From Nitrospira sp. (GTDB taxonomy: Bacteria; Nitrospirota; Nitrospiria; Nitrospirales; Nitrospiraceae), in assembly GCA_047150005.1 (NCBI GenBank), contig AP038806.1, positions 2,624,001-2,688,000 of the forward strand: a stretch of 64,000 bases of DNA, in the 5' to 3' direction. The position numbers and the translations under genes were made by a program. The notes under the pieces are model-generated. The model worked only from the letters and a program-made list of their open reading frames with translations. It did not search any database and was not told where the DNA came from. Within the stretch, counting starts at the first letter, position 1; each line of letters starts with the position of its first letter. Below, piece by piece: positions 58,901-64,000 of this stretch.

Positions 58901-60343
58901 GGTCCGACGACGACGAAGGAATTGGCTGATCGGCTGCTGCTTTCACCCAAGGACGTAGAGAGCGCCATGGTCCGGCTGGAAGGGCAAGGACAGGTCCTCC
59001 GCGGCCGCTTCCGTCTGGCGTCACAACCGCAATCGGGACAATCAGGGGCTTATCCTACTTCACTCAGCACTCAGCACTCAGCATTTTCCGAATGGTGCCA
59101 TCGCCGCCTTCTGGCCCGCATCCACCGGCTCACGGTGGGCAGGCTCCGCAAGGAGGTCCAGCCGGTCACGGCGGGGGAATTCATGCGATTTCTTCTGCAG
59201 TGGCAGCATGTCGCCGGAGGCGCTCGCCGGCATGGAGAGGCGGGGCTACTGGAGACCATCAGACTGCTGGCGGGCTTCGAGGCGGCGGCCTCGTCATGGG
59301 AAACGCATCTGTTGCGCCTGCGCATGGCCAAGTATGAGCCGGATCTGTTGGACCGACTCTGTCTGGGCGGTGCGGTGAGTTGGGGCAGACTGTCTCTCCA
59401 TCCGCGACTCGTGCCGAAGTTCGGCACGGCAACGGACCAGGAACGGGTTCGTCGGATCGTTCCGACCAAACTCGCCTCAATCAGCCTTTTTCCGCGGGAC
59501 GATGCGGATTGGCTGCTGGAGGAGCCTCATGAGGAATCGACAACCCCGGATCCCTTTGCGGGCGTGAGCGCGGTGGCCCAGGACCTGCGCAGCGTGCTGG
59601 CCGAGCGAGGCGCCTGTTTCTTTGCCGATCTCGTCCGCATGAGCCGCCATCTACCGACGGAAGTCGAGGAGGGACTCTGGGAACTCGCGGCGGCCGGAGT
59701 GGTCACCGCCGATGGATTCGACAATCTACGCGCCCTGATGGATCCGCACCGCCGCCGCGCGGAAGGGCGAGCGCGACAGCGCAGGCCTCGCCATGCGGCA
59801 GGCCGCTGGTCCCTACTCCGGCCGCCACGACAGTTCGCCATCGGCCATCAGCCGTCAGATGCCGGGCGTTCGGCCTCCACTCAGCACTCAGTACTCAGCA
59901 CTCAGCACTATCAGAATGAACGCGTTGCCCGTCAGTTGCTCCATCGGTACGGCGTGGTGTTCCGGGATCTCCTCGTACGGGAATCTCTGGTCACTGCCTG
60001 GCGGGATCTTCTCGTGACCTATCGGCGCATGGAATTGAAGGGTGAGGTCCGGGGCGGGCGTTTTGTCGAAGGCTTTACCGGCGAACAGTTCGCCTTACCG
60101 GAGGCGGTGGAAGCGCTACGAGCTGGCAGGGCGGCTGGAAGTCAGAGCGCTTCGGCGGAGATCCGTCTCTCCGCCTGCGATCCGCTCAATCTTGCCGGCA
60201 TCATTCTGCCGGGACCACGAGTGCCGGCCGTTCCCACGAATTTTCTCATCATCAGAGAAGGGACGGTCGTCCGCACGATCCTCGGCCGCGAGCGGATCGA
60301 CGAATCGGGCCCCGACCTCAGAGAAGCAGGTCATAGGGCGTGA
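55913..60343 (+). CDS. lhr: Lhr-family DEAD/DEAH helicase, long form
   Basis: APTGSGKT, TTPESL, VDEIH, SATQRP, SLELGID, QRIGRAGH; C-terminal RGGRFV...EQFALP. Confidence 0.93.
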   Translation: MPLSRFHPLIARWFATSVGVPTDVQTEAWPAIQSGHHALIAAPTGSGKTFAAFLSCIDRLLTQAIARELEDRTEVLYVSPLKALSNDVQKNLQRPLAEIGQAALEAGLLLPDLRVLVRTGDTPMVDRQQMLKQPPHILVTTPESLFILLTAEKSRRLLQTVRTVIVDEIHAVASNKRGAHLALSLERLETLTARSPQRIGLSATQRPIETVAQYLVGDRPLPTVIDVGHRRTMDVAVEVPKDELSGVATNALWSDIYDRLATHVREHRSTLVFVNTRRLAERVSHHLEERLQDLGPDAVAAHHGSLSRQIRLSAEERLKSGKTRVVVATASLELGIDVGTVDLVCQIGSSRAIATGLQRIGRAGHWVKAVPKGRLFATTRDDLLECAAVVRAIKGGLLDRIEVPEAPVDILAQQLVAAAATQTWAEDELLAMVRRAGPYRELERRTFDAVVRMLADGISTQRGRGQAYLYHDRINHRIKGRRGARLAAITSGGAIPDTANYAVVAEPTGTVVGSVDEDFAVESLAGDIMLLGNTSWRIKGVEMGKVRVEDAQGAPPNIPFWRGEAPSRTAELSAEVANLRQDIARRAASTPNRQPSAVGSEQSALRTQHSALQWLCQECGLDRRGAEQAIEYVAAGRASLGVVPTQDTIVAERFFDESGGMQLVLHAPFGGRINRAWGLALRKRFCVTFDFELQAAATDNGLVISLGEKHSFPLESVFGFLHSNTVREVLVQAVLAAPMFATRWRWNVSRALTLLRFMKGRKVPPQIQRMKAEDLLGAVFPDALACQDNMVGERTRQIPDHPLVQETLRDCLSEAMDIDGLIEVLRRIEANRIACVAVETPSPSPFSHEILNANPYAFLDDAPLEERRARAVELRRTLPVDLASDVGALDQSAIEEVAREAWPIVRDADELHDALLTLVWVPKQATEQWDAFLPTLAQDGRAVELVSEATGSGVTCPQQRVSGWVAGENRERLERLFVDGDEATLDTVVLGWMESIGPTTTKELADRLLLSPKDVESAMVRLEGQGQVLRGRFRLASQPQSGQSGAYPTSLSTQHSAFSEWCHRRLLARIHRLTVGRLRKEVQPVTAGEFMRFLLQWQHVAGGARRHGEAGLLETIRLLAGFEAAASSWETHLLRLRMAKYEPDLLDRLCLGGAVSWGRLSLHPRLVPKFGTATDQERVRRIVPTKLASISLFPRDDADWLLEEPHEESTTPDPFAGVSAVAQDLRSVLAERGACFFADLVRMSRHLPTEVEEGLWELAAAGVVTADGFDNLRALMDPHRRRAEGRARQRRPRHAAGRWSLLRPPRQFAIGHQPSDAGRSASTQHSVLSTQHYQNERVARQLLHRYGVVFRDLLVRESLVTAWRDLLVTYRRMELKGEVRGGRFVEGFTGEQFALPEAVEALRAGRAAGSQSASAEIRLSACDPLNLAGIILPGPRVPAVPTNFLIIREGTVVRTILGRERIDESGPDLREAGHRA
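57688..57748 (+). repeat. Heptamer tandem repeats (TCAGCAC/TCRGCCN) in frame within lhr
   Basis: TCAGCCC TCGGCCG TCGGCTC ... TCAGCAC TCAGGAC TCAGCAC TCGGCGC. Confidence 0.8.
59061..59084 (+). repeat. Heptamer tandem repeats in frame within lhr
   Basis: CAC TCAGCAC TCAGCAC TCAGCAT. Confidence 0.8.
59835..59909 (+). repeat. Heptamer tandem repeats in frame within lhr
   Basis: TCGGCCA TCAGCCG TCAG ... TCAGCAC TCAGTAC TCAGCAC TCAGCAC. Confidence 0.85.
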
Positions 60344-60389
60344 ATCGGGTGAAAAAATGGCCTCTGCAAGATAAATCCGCGAAGGCCTT

Positions 60390-61250
60390 TCACGTGGGAA
60401 CGGCGAGGAGGGGGGATCGCGCGGCCCGTAAGACCCGCTCGGTGGTGCTGCCTCTGAGCATGTCGATCACGCTGTGGTGTCCGGCCGTCGTCATCACGAT
60501 CAAGTCCACGTCGAAATCCTGACCGGCTGCCACGATCCAGTCCACGGCATTGCCCTTGGCAATCAGCCGTTCCCATCGCCAACCCGGTTGCGCAGGTTTG
60601 TTGATTTTCGGGAAGGTCGTTTCGTCTCCCAAGTAGACCAGTTCGAACAGGACCTTTTCCGCCCCGAGCGCGCCGGCCAATTCAACCGCCGCATCGATCG
60701 CCGGTTGAGGATCGGGATGGCTGGCGACGGGAATGAGAATCCGCTCGAGCTTGATGGCGCCGGTCTGCGCCGATACAAATCCGTCGATGCCGGCCGGAAC
60801 GAACAAGGTGTTGACGTGCGCGCCGCGCGCAACCGGTTCGGCCACCGCCTCATGGGTCAGACGGGCCAGTCCTTCCCGCTGATGGGTTGACATCACCAGG
60901 AGATCGGCCGGCTGCAGGGCGAGTTGCCGGAGGATGGCCGCGGCCGCGTGCTCGGCTAGGGCGCGCACTTTGCTGATATGGATGCCCAGTCGGAGGACTT
61001 CCTCTTTGGTGCTTCCCTCCGGCAATAGACCCCATTGCTGAAGCATCGGCCGGACGCGGGGAAAGTCGTCGAAGTTCTCGGGGCCCACATGCATGATCGT
61101 CAGGTTGGCCTGCGCCAGGCAGGTCAGCTTCAACGCGTGGGCAAACGCCGCCTGCTCCCTGGCGGCGCGATCCGTCGGATGGAAGATTTGGCGCAGGGAG
61201 AGGGGCGATCGGGGTGATTCGTTCGACATCACCGCCGACGTCTCTCCCAT
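60390..61250 (-). CDS. Tandem universal stress protein
   Basis: Two USP domains: IFHPTD...DLLVMST and ILIPV...DLIVMTTAG...GSTTERVLR. Confidence 0.9.
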   Translation of the reverse strand: MGETSAVMSNESPRSPLSLRQIFHPTDRAAREQAAFAHALKLTCLAQANLTIMHVGPENFDDFPRVRPMLQQWGLLPEGSTKEEVLRLGIHISKVRALAEHAAAAILRQLALQPADLLVMSTHQREGLARLTHEAVAEPVARGAHVNTLFVPAGIDGFVSAQTGAIKLERILIPVASHPDPQPAIDAAVELAGALGAEKVLFELVYLGDETTFPKINKPAQPGWRWERLIAKGNAVDWIVAAGQDFDVDLIVMTTAGHHSVIDMLRGSTTERVLRAARSPLLAVPT

Positions 61251-61443
61251 TGCTCGGGCTGGGTGATCAGATTCCGCATTCCTGCTCGCGTGTGAACGGG
61301 TTCTCCAGCAATCGGCGAGTCTGACTATAGCATAGGAATTTCCGTGACTGGAAAGGCTTTCTGAGAAACCGACGTGCCGGCAAGTGTCGACGCACCGGCG
61401 CGGGCCGGCCTGGAGGCGGAGCGGCCTCCGGGTCGCCAGGCGA

Positions 61444-61760
61444 TCAGTCGTTCCACAAACGCTGGTACCAGGCTTTTTCCTCCGGCACGGCGACGGCGGC
61501 GATGTTCATCGCCTTGCGGATGTCGCCGATGTTCCAGCCGGTCAGCGTCGCCAGAGTTTCGGCTTGGCGTTCGTCTCTCTCACCTCGTTGCCGCCGGTAG
61601 GCGGCCGCGGCCTGACACTCGTCCGTGCCGGTCCAGGGATGCCGGAGAATGTATCGGGCCTGGAAGTTCGACCGGTCTGACGTTTCCTGAAAGAGCAAGT
61701 CTTCCGGAAAGTGGGTCGCGTCGTAGCGGACGTGCAGTGGTGTCAGGAAGACGTTCCTAT
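61444..61760 (-). pseudogene. C-terminal remnant of a DUF2330-like protein
   Basis: NVFLTPLHVRYDATHFPEDLLFQET..NFQARYILRHPW resembles a DUF2330 C-terminus; no N-terminal part or credible start. Confidence 0.6.
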
Positions 61761-61969
61761 GTCCGGTTCCTCCGGCTCGGCGGATGCGCAGTCCGGCATC
61801 TTGAACGAGACCAGCATCTGCTGCGCTGTCCAGGGGGAACACCTAGATACCCGGCATTGACAACGAATTTTGGCTCGCGCGAGAATCGGCGCGTGCCGGG
61901 CGAAGGTGTCGGCGGGATCCGGCGCCGGATTCCGACCGGTCACATCACCTCTGAATAGGAGCGATTACC

Positions 61970-62440
61970 ATGGACGCGCCCAGACCGCCGCTGCCGCCCT
62001 TCAATGAGCACACCGCCGCGCAGAAGGTCCGCGCGGCTGAAGACGCCTGGAATACCCGCGACCCTCACCTGGTATCCCTGGCCTATACCCCGGATAGCGT
62101 GTGGCGCAATCGGGCGGAGTTCTTCAGCGGGCGTGAGGCAATCGTGGAGTTCTTGACGAGGAAGTGGAATAAAGAACTGGACTACCGGCTCATTAAGGAA
62201 CTCTGGGCGTTCCGCGATAACCGGATCGCGGTGCGGTTCGCCTACGAATGGCATGACGATGTAGGCCAGTGGTATCGGTCCTATGGTAACGAGAATTGGG
62301 AGTTCGACGAACACGGTTTCATGCGTCGCCGGATCGCAAGCATCAACGATCTCCCTATTAGCGAGCAGAACCGCAAATACCATTGGACTCTGGGGCGGCG
62401 TCCGGACGGCCATCCAGGACTTTCCGATCTCGGTCTGTGA
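61970..62440 (+). CDS. DUF1348 / NTF2-like protein
   Basis: [37 protein letters not shown]. Confidence 0.92.
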   Translation: MDAPRPPLPPFNEHTAAQKVRAAEDAWNTRDPHLVSLAYTPDSVWRNRAEFFSGREAIVEFLTRKWNKELDYRLIKELWAFRDNRIAVRFAYEWHDDVGQWYRSYGNENWEFDEHGFMRRRIASINDLPISEQNRKYHWTLGRRPDGHPGLSDLGL

Positions 62441-62459
62441 CCCTGCGCAACGACAGGCG

Positions 62460-62726
62460 CTCTTCAGCCAGAAGGAGATCGTCGATGGCCGCCTGATTAT
62501 ACTCGCCACGGCGCAGCGATTTGCGGTGGAGGTCGAGCATTTTATAGCGCAAGACTTGAAAGGCCAGAGGGACCAGTTCGGCCGGCTCTACAACCGCCGG
62601 GTACTTTTCGTGGAGGACCGTGAGGACTTCTTGGGTCAGATCTTCGGCGCGATCTCTCGATACCCATGATGTCGCGAAGGCGAGGATCCTTTCACGGAGG
62701 GCGGTGAGTGTCTGCTCTCGATCCAT
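62460..62726 (-). pseudogene. Truncated ECF sigma factor (region 2 only)
   Basis: AEDLTQEV...AFQVLRYKMLD region-2 pattern; no region-4 HTH; ORF runs on antisense into the DUF1348 gene. Confidence 0.55.
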
Positions 62727-62732
62727 GTAGAG

Positions 62733-63791
62733 TTATTGCCGGAGGTCGGAGTGTCCGATGATATCCCCGAATGAACGGAATCCGATGCCGAGGCCGCGGC
62801 ACACGGCTTCCTGCCGGTCAAAGCGGTTCCTTGTTCGGATGATCCGGCGGAGCCGTCCGAGCCCCACTCGGCCCCAGGCGGGAAGATGGAATACCGACAG
62901 AGGGTAGTCCGTCCCGAACAACAGGCGTGGGTGAATGGCGGGGTGCCGCCGCAACAGCAGCAGCATGCGGAGGCGGTTGGGAAGTGTCAATGCGGAGATA
63001 TCAGCGTAAAAATTCGGATAGACATCAATAAACCGGAGGAGCGTGGGAAGAAACCGCTCATACAGCATGAGCCCGTAGCTGCAGGCATGCGCGGCGATGA
63101 CCGTGACGCCCTCCTCCAACGGCACGCGCAAATGGTCAGGGTTACCGACCGACTGGTCCTTGCCGATGAGGCTGAACTCATAGCCCACATGGCTCAGCAA
63201 TGGGAGACGGCGTTCGGCGAGCGCCCGGTAGAAGGCGCAGTAGCGTCGATCGGCGGGGTTGAATTGTTGCGCGTTCGGCAGAACCTTGACGAGCGCGGCA
63301 CCTGCGTCGGCACAGCGATGGACTTCATCTATGGCGTCGCGCCGCTGCGGATTGATCGAGACGCCGGCCAGGGTTTCTTCATGGTTGGTCCTGACGGTCT
63401 GCAGGACATAGTCGTTGCTGATGAGAAAATCGGTTTGCCCGAGGTTCGGACGGCCTTGGTGGTCGTACACGCCGTCTATGGCTAGTAGTACGGCTTTACG
63501 GACGGTTTTCGATTCTCGTAGCTCGGTGAGCAAGTCTTGCAGATACTTCGTGTTGGTTTCGCGCGGCCTGTCGGGGTTCAGGGTATGCTTCCACAGCAGA
63601 AACCGGAACAGCGGGCTCTTGAGCATCTTCGGCGAGATATAGCAGCCGTTGTCGCCTTCCGGTAGCGCCGCCAGATGTACGTGGCAGTCGATGAGGGACT
63701 TCTCCTGCGGCGTAGTCCGCAGGGGCGTATCTCGTCGCTCGTCGGTCGTAGCTCGAAGGCTGCGCTTAACGGATGACGCTTCACGCTTCAC
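62733..63791 (-). CDS. Amidohydrolase_2-family protein (start uncertain; GTG at 63791)
   Basis: IDCHVH, SINP, VKVLP, HVG, IAAH, ADISAL, LFGTDYP. Confidence 0.85.
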   Translation of the reverse strand: MKREASSVKRSLRATTDERRDTPLRTTPQEKSLIDCHVHLAALPEGDNGCYISPKMLKSPLFRFLLWKHTLNPDRPRETNTKYLQDLLTELRESKTVRKAVLLAIDGVYDHQGRPNLGQTDFLISNDYVLQTVRTNHEETLAGVSINPQRRDAIDEVHRCADAGAALVKVLPNAQQFNPADRRYCAFYRALAERRLPLLSHVGYEFSLIGKDQSVGNPDHLRVPLEEGVTVIAAHACSYGLMLYERFLPTLLRFIDVYPNFYADISALTLPNRLRMLLLLRRHPAIHPRLLFGTDYPLSVFHLPAWGRVGLGRLRRIIRTRNRFDRQEAVCRGLGIGFRSFGDIIGHSDLRQ

Positions 63792-63792
63792 G
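63726..63792. repeat. Inverted pair of CG-anchored heptamer arrays
   Basis: CGTATCT CGTCGCT CGTCGGT CGTAGCT CG - 7 nt - CGCTTAA CGGATGA CGCTTCA CGCTTCA CG. Confidence 0.75.
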
Positions 63793-64000
63793 AGTCTGAA
63801 GTCGCTCCATCGCGATGCGTTTGAGGCTGCGCAAGTCCATTTTCCCGGTTCCGAGCACCGGCAGCGCGTCGACCTTGAGGCAATTGCCACGGGCTGGAAT
63901 GAAGAGATTGGGCAATCCATCGTCGGCCAGTTTGGCCAAAATCGGCGGGATCTTCTCTTCGTCCACCGTGTGCAGGACGACCAGTTGCTCGCCTTTTCGG
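63781..64000 (-). CDS. aas: C-terminus of an AMP-binding enzyme, Aas-like (partial)
   Basis: KGEQLVVLHT...LPNLFIP...LPVLGTGKMDL. Confidence 0.75.
   Translation of the reverse strand, partial: RKGEQLVVLHTVDEEKIPPILAKLADDGLPNLFIPARGNCLKVDALPVLGTGKMDLRSLKRIAMERLQTREA

Overview
This is a GC-rich bacterial chromosome segment; gene content and order suggest Nitrospira/Nitrospirota (inference, no search run). Bases 1-8612 form a defence/accessory island downstream of bioB. It holds a type I restriction-modification operon (hsdR-DUF559-XRE-hsdM-hsdS) surrounded by toxin-antitoxin-like modules: a zeta-like P-loop pair, Fic plus a convergent inhibitor, a BrnT/DUF4258-like pair and HicBA. The most striking structure is that the 3' tail of hsdS occurs three times in direct orientation (1870-1985 functional; 875-990 and 302-366 as TRD-less remnants), each followed by a different TA module, like a cassette array growing at the hsdS end. 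A DUF559 endonuclease gene is bracketed by inverted ~36-bp pyrimidine/purine hairpin repeats, and two more copies sit in frame inside hsdM. The rest is mostly core genome: bioB, lapB, rsfS, nadD, proB, obgE, rpmA, rplU, ilvE, secG, tpiA, pgk, gap, mutS2, queG, thiI, trxB, coaE, ydbH-ynbE-ydbL and lhr. It also contains a solitary DGQHR protein, heptamer-repeat insertions in lhr, many apparently leaderless genes and a few gene remnants. No rRNA, tRNA, CRISPR array, integrase or transposase was recognised. All family calls come from motif recognition by eye.
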